From positions 1 through 64,000 of the forward strand of contig QPMI01000602.1 in NCBI GenBank assembly GCA_004431415.1: a stretch of 64,000 nt of DNA, given 5' to 3'. The notes below the pieces were generated by a model that saw only the letters and a list, made by a program, of their open reading frames with translations, ran no database searches and had not been told where the DNA came from. This DNA is from Cyanophora paradoxa CCMP329 (lineage: Eukaryota > Plantae > Glaucophyta). The first letter of the stretch is position 1, and every line of letters begins with the position of its first letter. Shown here piece by piece: positions 1 through 12,704 of this stretch. Made by a program: the position numbers and the translations under genes.

Positions 1-117
1 CCCCCCCCCCCTCCCCCCCTCCCCCCCCCCCCCCCCCCCCCCTCCCCCCCCCCCCCCCCGGCCCTCTTCGCCCCGCCCCGACTCGGTCGGCCGCTCACGG
101 GGCGGGGCGGCGTCAGC

Positions 118-1646
118 GGGAACGGGTCGCTGTGGGACAACCGGGCGGTGGCGACGATCAGCCTGATTAAGTATGTGAAGGACTCGGGCCGCGCCGCGCT
201 CGAGGCAGTCGCAGGTGCCCCCCCATCGCTCCCCGCGCCGCGCGCGCGCGCGCCGAGGGCTCGCGGCGCGCGCAGGGAAGGCGATCGTGCAGCGGCGGCT
301 GGACGGCAAGCCGCCGGAGCCGGCGGCGGTGCGGGACGACTACTTCGCGATGATCTCCGTGCACCCGTTCGCGGAGAGCGCGTACATGCTGGACGTCGGG
401 TCGCCCACGGACGTCGGGCGGCGCCTTATCATCGACCACAGCCTCGCCTCCGGCGACGTGCGCGCCCCCGGGCCGCGCCCGCGCCGGCGCCGGCCGAGGG
501 CCGGGGCGGGGGGCAGATCACGTACACGAACGCGCTGCGGCTGGTGCAGTTCCAGGGCTTCATCGGGGTCGCCCTCCAGATCCCCCTCTATGTCGGCGAC
601 TCGGGGCGCGTCAGCGCCCTCCTCAGCGCACGCACCGACGACTACGGCCTCGTCCGCCCCCGCCCGGCCCCGCCCGCCCGCCAGCCCCGACGCCGCCGGC
701 AGGTCACGGGCACCCTCAAAGTGTGGGAAGCCCTCACGACTGCGGTGCGCCGGCCCTCTCGCCGAGCCCGGCGGCGGCCCGGCGCGGCTCTGGGTGAGCG
801 GGGGGCGGGGCGTGCAGTGCCGGGACATCGGGCTGCTGGAGACGGACGTGGTGACGTACATCCGCAACTCGAGCGGGCAGTGGCAGTTCACGGGGCACTA
901 CCTCGGCGACGGGCGCCTCGCCGGTGCGCCGGCGCCGCCTCTCCTTCTCAGAGGCGAGGGCCGAGGGCGGCGCCTCTGAGCCGGGCCGCCAGCGCCGCGG
1001 ATGACGGTGGAGTGGCTGGTGGGCTCGAGCCCCGAGGAGGCGGCCAAGGAGGCGGACATCGCCGAGACGCGCGAGCTGCAGGTCGGGCAGACCTCCCTCC
1101 TCGTCCTCATCGCCGGCCGCCGCGGCTTCTTCCGCGCCCGCCAGTCCACCCTCGTCCCCTCCCTCCTCCTCGCCCTCTCCGTCCTGGGCGCCCTCTGCTG
1201 CAACTTCTTCCTCGTGCGCCCGCCCTCCTGGCCCCGCCCCGCCCCGGCTCACCGGCGGCCGCGCGTGCACGCGCGCAGGTGGTCATCTTCCTGCGCGGCC
1301 TCCACCGCTACGTCGCGCACCGCCGCGCCGGCGTCGGCCTCGCCCGCGCCTTCGGCCACTCCACCCACAACGGGTCCGCTCCCCCCGCGCCGGCGGCGGG
1401 GCGGGGCGCTGAGGGGCCGGCAGGGCGCTGTGGACGCTGACGGCGGCGGCGCTGGAGGACCTCACCCCGAAGGGCCTCGACCGCGGCGAGCAGGCGCCCC
1501 CGCCGCCCCGGCGCCCCGCCCCGAGCCGCGGGGGCAGCTTCGCCTCCTCCGCGCCCCCGCCCTCCAGCGGGCCGGCCTCCCCCGCCGGCGCCGGGGCGCC
1601 CCTCCCCGCCCCGGCCCCGCCCCCTCCCCTCAACGTCTCCGCCTAG
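118..1646 (+). CDS. CHASE-domain membrane protein, 3' part (multi-exon; 5' end upstream of window)
   Basis: Spliced exons read DDYFAMISVHPFAESAYMLDVGS..RRLIIDHSLASG/ITYTNALRLVQ..GVALQIPLY, which matches the CHASE pattern (Y..+.Y+EP....GFD....R...+..A..+G....T.P+.LVQ). A TM helix (LVPSLLLALSVLGALCCNFFL) and a Pro-rich tail follow, ending at TAG 1644-1646. Confidence 0.6.
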
Positions 1647-1789
1647 CCTCTCGGGCTTCCGAGTGGCGGGCACTTCAGGTGCCCAGGGGGGGGGGGGGGG
1701 GGGTGCTTTCCTTGCGTATACAGTCGCACTGCCGCGCTGAGCCCCAGTCGAGGCCTCGCGCATTCTCGCGTGTATCCATTTCATCTCAG

Positions 1790-1835
1790 AGTCTAGGTTC
1801 GACCCTCCGCTTAGTCTAGGTTCGACCCTCCGCTT
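1790..1835. repeat. 23-bp perfect tandem duplication (agtctaggttcgaccctccgctt x2)
   Basis: Read directly at 1790-1812 and 1813-1835, between two convergent gene ends. Confidence 0.9.
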
Positions 1836-1915
1836 TGCATGCACATCTATCTGTACGCGCACTAGAAAGTTGAGTCCTCTGTATAATTTGTGATGTACAT
1901 ATCTAGTTGATTTAA

Positions 1916-4900
1916 CTATCTTGTTGTCTCACCATGGCCAATCATGCGTGTGCGTGCCTCGACGCGCTGCAGGGGGGCTTCGATCACTTGGCGGCTGAGG
2001 CGAGGAAGAAGCGGCGGAGGGGCGCCGAGTCGCGGCACTGCTGCGGGATCGTCGCGAGGAACTGCCCTCCGCGCCCCGCCCGCGTCAGAGCGGGAAGAAG
2101 GGCGAGAGCGGGAGATGCGGGACCGCGCCTGGTTCGCCCGTTCGCTCTCGTCGGCCATGCGGGCGATGAGGCGGCGGAAGAGCAGAAAGTACGCCCCCGC
2201 CATGAGCGCCACCTGCCCCGGCGCCATCAGAACGGCGGGGCGGGGGCGGGCGGGGGCGGGGGCGGACGACGGCGGCGAGGACGGCGGCCTGGGCGAGCTT
2301 GACGGCGGCGACGAGAGCGTCGCCCCCGGCCACGAACCCCCGCCCGCTCGCCTGCCCCGCCCCCGCCTCAGCGGCGGCGCGAGGGGCGAGGCGGGCATTC
2401 AGGGGGGGGCGCGCGAGGAGGCCGGCGTCGAGCTCGGGCCAGTACGAGGCCATCCGCGCCAGCGCCCCCGCGCCGGCCAGCCCCAGCAGCGCCGCCTCCT
2501 CCGGCCCGCGCGGCGGGGGCGGCCTCGCGGGGGCCCACGTAGGCCCCGGCGGCGTCGTAGGCGCCCCTGTCGGCCAGCACCTGCGCGGCCCCCGGCCGGC
2601 TGCATCGGGCGGCAGCGTGGCGTGGGGGCGTGGGGCGGGGCACCTCGCGGGCGAGGGCGGCGAAGCTGGCGAGGAAGAAGTCGAGGCCGCCCTCCAGCAC
2701 CGCCATCTCGGGGTACCTGCCCCCCCGCCTCGCACCCGCCGGCCACGGCGGCACGAGGCGAGGCGGCGCACCGGCCCGGGGCGCAGCGCGCCGCCTCGTC
2801 GAAGAAGCACCCCCGCTTGCCTGGGAGAGGGGGGCGGAGGAGTCAGGGGGGCCGAGCCGGGGAGCGATGGGGGGCTAGAGTGCGACCGTAGAGGAGGGCG
2901 TGCTGGCTGCCGAAGAGGGAGTCCCCCGCGGGGAGGCCCAGCGCCCCGTCCCCGCCCTTCAGCGCCGAGTGCAGCGCTGCCCGCCCCACGCGCCCCGCCC
3001 CCCGTCAGCCCCGCACCGGCGCAGGAGCGGGCTCTGAGGGGGCGCAGAGGGGCGCCCGCACCGGTGAGGCGGGCGAGGTCGGCGGCGAGGCGCTCCACGG
3101 GCGCTCCGGGGGGGGCCGCCCTGCCCGCGCCCCGCCCTCAGCCCAAAGCGCCGCGGGGGGGGGGGGGGGGCAAGGAGGAGGGGAAGGAGGGCGGGGCGGG
3201 CGCACGCGGCGTCGTCGATGTACGCCTCGCGCGCGTCGTCGAGCACCTGCGGGGCGGGCGGGGCGTGAGAGGGGCGGGGGCGGCGCGCGCGGGAGGCGGG
3301 CCTTGGCGGCGAGGAGGCGGCGCTCGCCGGCGTAGAGGACCTGCGGGGCGCGCCGTGAGGGGCCCCGCGGCGCGCGCGGGGGCGGGAGCGGGGGCCCCGG
3401 GGACCTGGCGCTGGGCGGCGTGGGCCTCGGCGAGGACGGCGAGGGAGACGGCGGCCGCCACCGCCGCCAGCGCGCACACCGCCCCGAACACCAGCGCGTA
3501 CCTGCCCCCCGCCCCCCCGCCTCGCGCCCTCCCCTCCCCTCTCTTGGGGGCGCGGGGCGGGCGCGCACCGGCGGGCGAGGGAGCGGAAGACGATGTCGAG
3601 GGCGTTGAGCTCGGCCGCCCGCCGCCGCCGCCGGCGCGCCGACTGCGAGCCCTCCCCGCCCTCCTGCCCCAACCACGATCGGCGGGGTCCAAGGCGGGGC
3701 GGGGGCGCCGCAGGCGGCACCTGGGCGTCCGAGGGTGGGGCCTCGTCGGCCCCCACGTCGGCCCTGCGGAGCGTCTTGCTGCGCCGCTGGGGCTTCCGCA
3801 GCCGCATGCCCCCCTCCTCCCGCCACTGCCGCCCCCCTGGCGTCAGCTTCAGGTCGATAGCGAGCCCGGCCGCCCGCACCTCGTCCCGCGGGGCCGCCTC
3901 CTCGTCCTGCACCGCCGCCCCCGCCGCCGGCAACACGGCCGGCTGCGGCGGCCCGGCAGCGGCCGTCGGCGCCTCCGGGGCGGATAGGCCCGGGGCGGCG
4001 GCGGCCTCGCCCTGGACGCTGCTGCGGCGGCGGCGGGGCGGCGGGGGCGGGCCCGAGGGAGCGCTGCTGCCGCGGCGGCCGAAGGGCGAGGGGCCGTGCG
4101 CCTGGGCGGAGAGGCGGCGGTCGAGGGCGGGCGAGGGGACGCCGCCAGCGGTCTCGAGGACGGCGGCGGTCGCGGCGGCCGCCACGCCGGCCCGAGCAGC
4201 ATCTCCTCCAGCGCCTGCGCCCTCGCGAGGTCAGAGCGAGGGGCGAGGCGGCGAGGCCGCTCCGGAGGGCGCACGGCGTCGGCGACGGAGCGGCGGCGGG
4301 AGCGGCCCCGCGCCTGCGGCGCCGGCGACGGCTGCAGCGGCAGCGCCGCCTCCCCGAGCGTCACGCTCCCCCGAGGGGCCGAGGGGTACGAGACGCTCCC
4401 GCGGGGTTCCGAGGGGTACGATACGCTCCCCCGGGGCCCTGAGGGGTACGAGACGCTGCCGCGGCGCTCGGAAGGGTGCGAGGCGCCGTCCTGGGGGAGC
4501 GCGGGGAGGGGTGGGTAGGAAGGCGCCGCGTCGAGGGTGACGCTGAGGCGGAGGGCGCCGGGGCTCGCGGCGGCCGGCAGCGCGGGGCTCCCCGGGAGGG
4601 GCCCCGCGGCCGCCGCCCCGAACATCTCCGCCATCGCCTGCGCGCGCCCCGCCCCCTCGCCTCGTGCAGGCGGCGCGCGGGCGGGCGGGCGGCGCGCCTC
4701 GTCGACGACCGAGCGGCGGCGGGAGCGGCGCGGCTGCGCGAGGGGCGACCCCCCGCCGGCACCGAGAGCGAGCGCAGCGCCTGCGGGGCCGCTCAGAGGC
4801 GGCGGCAGAGGGCGGGCGGGGCGCGCGGGACGGGGACCGGCGAGGAGGGTTCCCCGGGGCGCCCCCGCGGCGAGGCGGCGTCGAGCAGGGAGGGGGCGAG

Positions 4901-6071
4901 GCTCTTGCGGCGGGCCCCGGCCCCGGCGGCGGCGTCGGGCTCGGGGAGCCCCGGGGCGCGAGGGACTTGCGGCGGGCGCCGGCGGGGCCGGCCCCCGCCA
5001 CGAAGAGCTCCGCGAGGGCCTGCAGGCCGCCCCGCCTCCGCGTCAGCCCCGCCCCGCTGCGGCGCCGAGCGGCCGGCGCACCATGTCGGCGACGGAGCGG
5101 CGGCGGGAGTGGCGGCGGCGGCCGGCGGCGTCGGGGGGCCGGCCATGGCCACCGCCTGCGCCGCCGCGATCGCCGCCATCACCGCGGGGTCCGCCGCCTG
5201 CGCCCCCGCCCCCGTCAAGGGCGCCTAACAGGGGCGCACAAGGCCCGCGCGCCGTCCCGAGGAGGCCCGCGGCGTGGAGGGGGTCCCCGGAGAGCACCCG
5301 CGTCCCCTCTCCGCCGGCGCTGCGGCCGCGTCGGTCGCGCCGGCGGCGGGACCGAGCAGCGCCGCACCGCGCGACGGCGAGCTCGGCAGAGACGCGGCGG
5401 TGCGGGAGGCTCCCCAGCGAGCCGCCCGCCGCCGCCGCCGCCGCCCGCCGCCGCTCCTCGTCGAGCCCCGCCGCCTGCGGAGCGGGTGAGGGGCGAGGGG
5501 GCGGGGGCCGGCGGGGCGGCACCTGGGCGGCCTCGCGGAGGGCGTGGGCGAGGATGGCGGCGTCGAGCGAGGCGGCGACGGCGGCGGAGTAGGCTCCCGC
5601 CCGGTCCTCCGCGAAGACCTGCCGCCCCGCGCCCCGTCGCCCCGCGTCGCTTCGAGGCCGCGCGGCGCCGCCGCGCACCCAGGCCGACTCGGGGGAGGAG
5701 GGGCCGAAGGCGGGCGCCCCGGCGCGGGGCCCCGAGCCCGAGTGCGCGCCCGGGCCCGGGCGCGCTGCGAGGCGCGCAGCTCGGCCAGCAGCGCCGCCGT
5801 CACCCGCCGCGAGCCGGCGGCCTGCGGGGCGCGGGTGAGGGCCGAGCGGGAGGAGGGGCGAGGGGGAGGGGCGCGGGCCGGCGCGGCGCTGCCGCTGAGG
5901 GTGCTGCTGGGGACTCGGTCGCCGGCCGGGTCGTCGCCCAGCGAGGAGCCGACGCTCTGCACCTGCGGGGCTGGCCCGGTGGGCGGGCGGCGCGGGAGGG
6001 CTGCGCGCAGCCCGCACCTCGGGGTCCCCGCCGCCGATGTGGAGGCGCGTGGTGGCCCCCACCGAGGCCCG

Positions 6072-6126
<55 letters not shown>

Positions 6127-9100
6127 CGCCCGTGCGAGCCGCTCGAGGACTGGGGCGGGCGTCACGGGGAGGGCGTGGCGGGGGCGGCCGGCGCGGGCCT
6201 GCATGCTGCGGGAGGAGCCGGCGACGGAGGCGGCACCCCGGGGCCCCTCGGCGGGGGCAACGCCGGCCGTGGGCGAGGAGCGGAGGCGGAAGGAGCGGCT
6301 TCGCACTGCGGAGTGGGGGCGCTCGGGCGAGGCGGCGCCGCACGCGCGCGGGGCGGGGCCGGCGGCGGCGCACTGGAGGCGCGCTCCGCCAGGGGGCTCC
6401 CCCCGCCCCCGCCTCCATCGCCTGGCCCAGGATCTGAGCCCCCGCGCCTCGTCAGACGGCAGGCGCCCCGCCGCGCGCGCTCCGGGCCCGGGGCGGGCGC
6501 GCGTTTCTTAGGCCGACGGGGCCCTCGGCGGGGCCCCGGCCGGCGCCTGCGCCCCCTCCGGGCCCCCTTCCGCCCCGCCCTCCTCCTCCTCCTCCTCCTC
6601 CTCGCCCTCGCCCTCCTCGACCTGCGGCGCAACGGGCTCTCGCCGCGGCAGCGCGAGGCGGGGCGGGGCGGGCGGGCGGGGCCGGGCCTCGGCGGCGCGG
6701 GCGGCCTCGTCCTCGTCGTCGAGGCCGGCGTCGTCCGACTCCCCGCCCTCCCCTGCGCCCCGTCACGCCCCGCCCCCGGGGCCGGGGCCGGCGGGGGCGC
6801 GCCGATGGCCTCGGCCTTCTGGTAGATGGCGGAGACGTGCGCCACGAGCTCCGCGGGGAGCGCCGCCACGATCTCCCCCACACCCTGCCCGCCCCGCCGC
6901 TCAGCGCCAAGTGACCTCCGCCAGGGTCCTTCCCAGGGCGCCTGGGGCGGGGGCGGGCCTTCTGGGAGCGGCGGACGCGGGCGAAGACGGAGCGGAAGAG
7001 GCCGGGGCCCGTCGCCAGCAGCAGCAGCAGCACCAGCGCGAGCCTGCGAAAGCGTGAGGGGGGGAGCAGCAGTGGGGTGCGGCGCGGGGGCGGGCATGGC
7101 GGCGACGAGGCCCTGGCGGAGGGCCGCCTCCCGCCGCAGCTCCTCCAGGTACGCCCCCGCCCCCGCCAGCAGCCTGCCCCTGTCCCTCAGAGGCCCCCCC
7201 GGGACCTGTCGAGGGGAGGCGGCGGGTACCCGTCGAGGAGGGCGCCGCGGGCGTTGCGGGCGAGCCAGAGGGCGGCGGAGCGGGGCCCCGGCTCGCCCAG
7301 CGCCCCCGCCGCGTGCCCCGCGAGCTCCGCGGCAGTCAGCGGGCGGCCGCGCGCGCCGCGCTTCGCTCGAGGGCGGGGGCGGGCACCAGGCGGGCGGTGC
7401 CGGCGGCGGCGGAGGCGGCGTCGAGGGGCGAGGCGGCGACGGGCACGACCGCCGGCGCCGCGTACGCCGCGTCCGCCGGCACGAACTGCTCGCCACCTTC
7501 GGCGGGGCGCGGCGAGGGCGCGGGGGCGGGGGCGCACCTCGTGGAGGGTGAGGCGCGGGGCGCGCCAGAAGCGCAGCACCTCGGGGCCGGCGCTGGGGCC
7601 CACCCACCTGCCCCGGCCCCCGCTCAGCGGCCGCGGGAGACGGGGGCGGGGGCGAGGGCGGCGGCGCACCTCCCCGCCTCCGCGAAGAAGCCGCCGAAGC
7701 GGACGGCCGCGACCGCCGCCTCGAGCTCCCGCGCCCCCTCCTGCGCCCCGCTTCGTGAGCCGAACCGCAGCGGGGAAGGCGAGAGGGGCGGGGAGGAGGA
7801 AGGCTGCCTCGAGGGCCTCGCGGGCGGCGGCGGTCGCGGAGTCGGCCCACGCCTGCCGCGCGCGCGCCTCAGCCGACACGCGCCGCCTCCCGTCCCCCGC
7901 ACGCCGCCGCACGGCGAGCTGGTAGCTCCTCGCGAGGTACGCGGCGCGGACGAGGGCGCGGGCGGCGTTCCTGCGGGCGGGAGGCGTTGGAATGGCGCCT
8001 GCGAGGGCGGAGGGCGGGCGGGGCGGACGGGAGGGCGAGGAGGCGGACGGCGAGGTCGCGCCCGCTGCGGGGCCGTCAGCGGGGGCCGCCGGGGCGGGTG
8101 GGGCGGCGGGCCTATCGAGGAGGAGGGCGACTGCAGCGAGTTCGGCGGCGAGCGCCGCCGCCACCAGCGCGAAGCCGGCCCCCAGGCCCACCTGCCGGCC
8201 CATCTCCCTCACCCGCCGCTCCTCCTCAGGAGGAGGCCGGGCGGGGCGCACCCGCATGACGCGAAAGGCGCGCTGGTTCTCACTCGACTGCCCCGCCCCC
8301 GCCCCCACGGCGGTCAGCGCCGGCGACGAGAGCGCTGCCGCGCGCGCGCACCTGCGTGGCGGGCCCGCGCCCGCGCCGCTTGCGCCCCGACGAGGAGCTG
8401 TGGTGCGACCGCTCCGCCCTGCGGGGCGCCGCGCGGCGTCCGATCAGCTCGAGTCGCCCCGGGCCACCTCTGAGGCGAACTGGGAGCGGCGGTCGTCGTC
8501 CTCGTCGCGGCGGCGGCCCTCCGCCGCCTGCGCCTCGTCTGCGCGCTTTGCGCTCGCACCCGCGCGCGCTCTCCTCCCCCGCGGCGGGGGCGAGGGCGGC
8601 CGGCGCACTCTCCTCGATCTCGTCGGCGGCGGCGAACTGGGCGGCGGCCCCCTCGGGGTCGTTCTCGACGTCCTGCGGCGCGGCGCCCCTCAGGGGGGCC
8701 CCCGGGGAGGGGGCGGGCGGGGGCGCCTTGAGGAAGACGCCGTGGGTGCGGAGGAGGACCTTGGAGGCGGCGAACTTGGCGACCAGCTGCGTGTACGCCC
8801 CCGCCGCCTCCACCTTCCTCTGCCGGGGGCTCGCGGCGCGGCCGCCGCAACCCGACCGGCGGGCGGGGCGGGCGCGCCTGGTGGATGGTGGCGATGCGCT
8901 TGTAGAGGACCTCGACGGCGTTCTCGCTGCTCAGCGCGCGCGACCCCGCGAGCTGCGGAGATAAGGGTTGAGGGCGGTCCGGCGGGGAGAGGAAGCGGGG
9001 CGCGGGCCTGGGACCAGAGGGCCTTCAGCGCGTAGAGGGCCTCGTTGTGGGACTTGGTCGCGGTCTCGAAGAGCCGCCGGAACTCCAGCAGCTGCGCGCG

Positions 9101-12100
9101 AGCGCTCGGCCTCTCCGGGATCGAGCGCGGTCGGCCCCGGCTCTCGCGCACGCGGACGAAGTTCATGCTCTTCTCCCCCAGGTTCGCGCTCGCGATCTGC
9201 TGCTGCTCCCAGCCGCGCTTCTTCTGGCTCGCCATCACCTGCCCCGCCGTGAGGGGAGCGCGCCCGGAGCTCCGCGCCGGGCCCCGGGCGGCGCGCCTTC
9301 ATGTCGTAGGAGAGGACGCCCGTGCACTTGCGGTCCGCCGCCCGCACCTGCCGGCCCGGGTCGGAGGGGGCGAGGGGCGGAGCGGGCGGCGGGGCGCGCC
9401 TCGCGCATGGCGCCCGGCAGGTCGCCCGTCGCGTAGAAGCGGAACGAGGCGTAGGAGATGTGCACGTAGGCCGAGGCCGGGTACAGCCGCATGCCCAGCC
9501 GGTAGAGCTGCGGGCGCTGAGGGCGAGGGGGAGGAGGGCGGGGCGCGCGCGGGGGGACCTGGTCGACGGCGGCGACGCCACCGTCCGAGGCGCGCACGGT
9601 CTCCATCACGTAGCGGCACGCCGTGTCCACGTGCACCTGCGCCCCCGTCGCGCCGCCGCCTTCGAGCGCCGGGCGCGGGAGCGCGTGGCGCGCCTCGGCG
9701 AGGAAGCCGAGCCAGGGGGCGGGGAGCCAGGCGGAGCCGGAGGGCGCGCGGGGCGGGCCCCGCTCCGCCGCCCGCTCCGCGTCGCGCAGGTCCTGGACGG
9801 CAGGTCAGGCGCGCGGGGCGGCCGGGGCGGCAGGGCGGGAAGCGCCGGCGTGCCTTGAAGGTGCGCCGCAGGGGCGGCTCCGTCGTGGGCGGCGTCGCGG
9901 CCGGCCCGGCGCCCGCCTGCGGGCCGGGTGCACCCGCGCCCCGCCGCTCGTCACCACCGTGGAGCCCGACGGCTTGCCCTGCCGTGCGGCGCGAGCTGGG
10001 TTCGATGCGGAGCGGGGCGGAAGAGGGGTGGGGGCGTGCCTTGGCGAGGCGCTTGGGGAGGCGGCCGGCGTTGGAGAGGGGCCGGGAGTCCCCCGAGAGG
10101 GTCTCCAGGGGCGCCCAGCCGCCCGAGTCGCCCCCGCCGCTCCCCTCCTCGCCCCCGGAGAGCAGCGGCCCCGCAGTCCCCGTCCGCCCGCTCGCCTCGC
10201 TCACGTAGCTCGCCGCCGCTGCGCCGGCTCGTCGGCCTGCGCCGCGTCGCGAGCGAGGGTGCCCGCACCGCTCGTGACGCGCCGCTTGGGGGCCCGGCGG
10301 GCCCCCGGCCCGCGTGGCGACGGCGGCGCCGAGTTTTCCGCCGACGTGACCCCCTGGCGGGCCCTTCGGAAAAAACGAGGCAGCGGGAAATTCGAACCGG
10401 CGCACGGAGAGCATGCCGGAGAAGCCGCCGGTCTGGGGTACTGCGGCGGGGCGTGAGCTGGGCGGGCGCGCGCGCTGGCGGACCCCGCCCCCGGGGCCCG
10501 GGCACCGCGGGGAGGAGGTGGCCGAGCAAGCCCCCCCGGGGCCCGGGCGGGCGCAGCGGCGGCGGCGGCCGTGCCGGGCGGCGTCGCGAGGCGCGCCGTC
10601 GCGGCGAGGACGTCGCGCCTGCGCGAGGCGTGAGGGGCGAGGGGCGGGCGGGCGGGGCGGGGGCGGGCCCGATCTTGGAGAACATGGCGCGGGAGGCGCG
10701 GGCCCCGAGCCAGGCCGCGAGCGGCGCCGCCAGCAGGCACAGCAGCGACGCCGCCAGCAGCGCCCCGCCGCCTGCCCCCGCGAGCGCCCTCGGGGGGCGG
10801 GCGGGGCGGGGAGAGCAAGGCGCGGGGGCGGACCGTCGCCGTCGGCGGGGCCGCGAACGCCGAAGGCGGCGAGCATGGCGAGGGAGGAGAGGCTGAACCA
10901 CGCGTCCTGCGCCCCGCCCGCCTCAGGCTCCCCGCCAGGCCCCGGCGGGGGCGGGCAGGGCGGGGCTTGGGCTCACCATGGCGAAGATGGAGGCCTTGAG
11001 CTCGTTCATGCGCGGGTGCACGAAGGGCTGAAGCAGCTGCGAGGCGTCGGCTGCGCGTTGCGGGCGGGGCGGGGCGGGGGCGGACGAGGGAGAGGAGGAG
11101 CATGAGGAGGGAGACGGCGAGGACAACGAGCTGGAAGGCCGCCCCCGCATTGTCCATCCACACCTGGGCCCGCCGTCAGCCGCCCCGGCGGGCGGGAGGG
11201 GCCGGCGCAGCGGAGGGGCCGGCGCGCCTGGCAGGCGGAGAGGAGGACGGAGCTGATCGAGTAGACGAAGTTCACCCGCCCGTGCACCTGCGGGGGAGAG
11301 GCGGAGGAGGGGCGGGCGCTCAGCTCGCCCCGCCGTCGAGGCCGGTCAAGCCCCGCACCTTGGCGCCCCAGCTCTCCGAGACGGGCGAGCTGCGCGGCCG
11401 CCTCGAGGCACGCGCGCGGGCGGGGCGGGGGAGGGCGGGGCGGGGGCGCGGCGCGCCTGTCGAAGTAGATAAGCTGCGTCGCGAAGCTGAAGAGCACGAA
11501 GATCGGGCTGACGCTCGCCGCCACCAGCCCGTGTAGCGTCTGAGGGCGGCGCGGCGGACGCGTAAGCCGAGGGGCGGTTCGGAGGGGCGGGGCGGGGTAC
11601 CGGAGCGGGGAGAACACACTGGAAGCCCCCCGCGGTGACCCCCTCCGAGAAGCACGTTATGCCGGAGAGGTAGACGTAGAGAACCTGCAATCACGCTGGG
11701 TTCGGGGGCAGGGGATCGGCGTGGAAGCGGGTACCGTGAAGAACAGGGCGTCCGTCATGAGGGGCACGACGGCGCGCAGGATCTTGATCGGCAGCACGCG
11801 GATGTCGTTCCTGGGGTACGGGTCAGCCGGAGGGGGGGAGGGGGGGGGGGGGGGGAGCGGGCGGGGGACGCGCTTCTGGAACATGTAGGCGGCGAATGCA
11901 GTCAAAGCGAACGCGGCGGCGGCCGCGACAGTGAAGAGCCAGAACCAGAAGGCGGACTGGCCGGGCGTGCTGGGGGTACGGCTCCCTTTCGGGGGTAGGG
12001 GGCGCGGTGAGAAGGACCGGCGCACCTCAAGAAGAGCCACTTCTGGACGGTGTTCGATAGCTGCAGGTACGGGCCTATCCGACCGTGCCTGGCGCGCCGG

Positions 12101-12704
12101 CGTCGGGAGTGAGGGGGGCCGGCCGGGCGGGTTCCGCACCACGAGTCTGAGACAGCAAAGCCCTTCGCCGGAGAGTCGAGGGGGTCGGACGGAGAGAGCA
12201 GAGACGGGCGGGGCGCGGGGGCGGCTCACGAGGTACTGGATCCAGTCCTGCGGGCGAGGGTGAGGGGGCGGGCTGCGGAGGGCGGGCTGCGGAGGGCGGG
12301 CTGCGGAGGGCGGGCGCACGACGAGCTCGGTGGCGATCGGCATCGCCACGTTCTCGAGGAAGCCGCTCGCCGCCCCCGCCCGGTCGTTCAGCGCTGCGCC
12401 CCCCGCGCCCCGCCTCGCCCCGCACCCCGCCCCCGCGCTCCGAGGCGGCGGGCAGACCGTAGAGGATGCCTGCACCCGCGGCTCGGTCAGGCGCAGAGGC
12501 GCGGGGCGGGGCGGGGCGGGGCGGGGCGGGCGCCGGGGGCGCACCGAGGATGACCGTGAGGGCCTTGGATTGCTGGAGGTTGCCGCCGTCCTCCTCGCCC
12601 TTGTCCAGAAGCGCCTCCGCCTCGCGCCCGACTGCGCGCTGCCTCGCCTCCACATCGGCCGACGACTTCTTCGACGTGGAGACCGCGCGGGAGGACGGCG
12701 CCAT
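1916..12704 (-). CDS. TmcB/TmcC (tiny macrocysts)-like large multi-pass membrane protein, many exons
   Basis: N-terminal TM block (FWFWLFTV..LPIKILRAVVPL..HGRVNF..QPFVHPRMNELKA). TPR-like block (LYRLGMRLYPASAYVHISYASF..SKVLLRTHGVFLKDVENDPEGA..AADEIEE). Further TM segments. C-terminus YFLLFRRLIARMADESERANQFLAMIPQQVI is typical of this family. Single-gene continuity is inferred. Confidence 0.65.
4363..4485 (-). repeat. 30-bp coding tandem repeat (RGSVSYPSxP, ~4 units)
   Basis: gaggggtacga(g/t)acgct recurs at 4381, 4411 and 4441, with degenerate flanking units. Confidence 0.85.
6071..6126. repeat. 9-bp microsatellite (cgtccgcgc)x6, probably encoding GAD repeats on the minus strand
   Basis: Read directly from the sequence. 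Confidence 0.85.

Noticed and set aside
1-60. Poly-C tract, and similar G/C runs at about 1686, 22760 and 33277
   Set aside because: Intronic or UTR low-complexity sequence with unreliable length; no evidence of function.
2299-10896. Many long Arg/Pro/Gly/Ala-rich ORFs on both strands
   Set aside because: Artefacts of very high GC and stop-codon scarcity. They overlap the spliced minus-strand gene.
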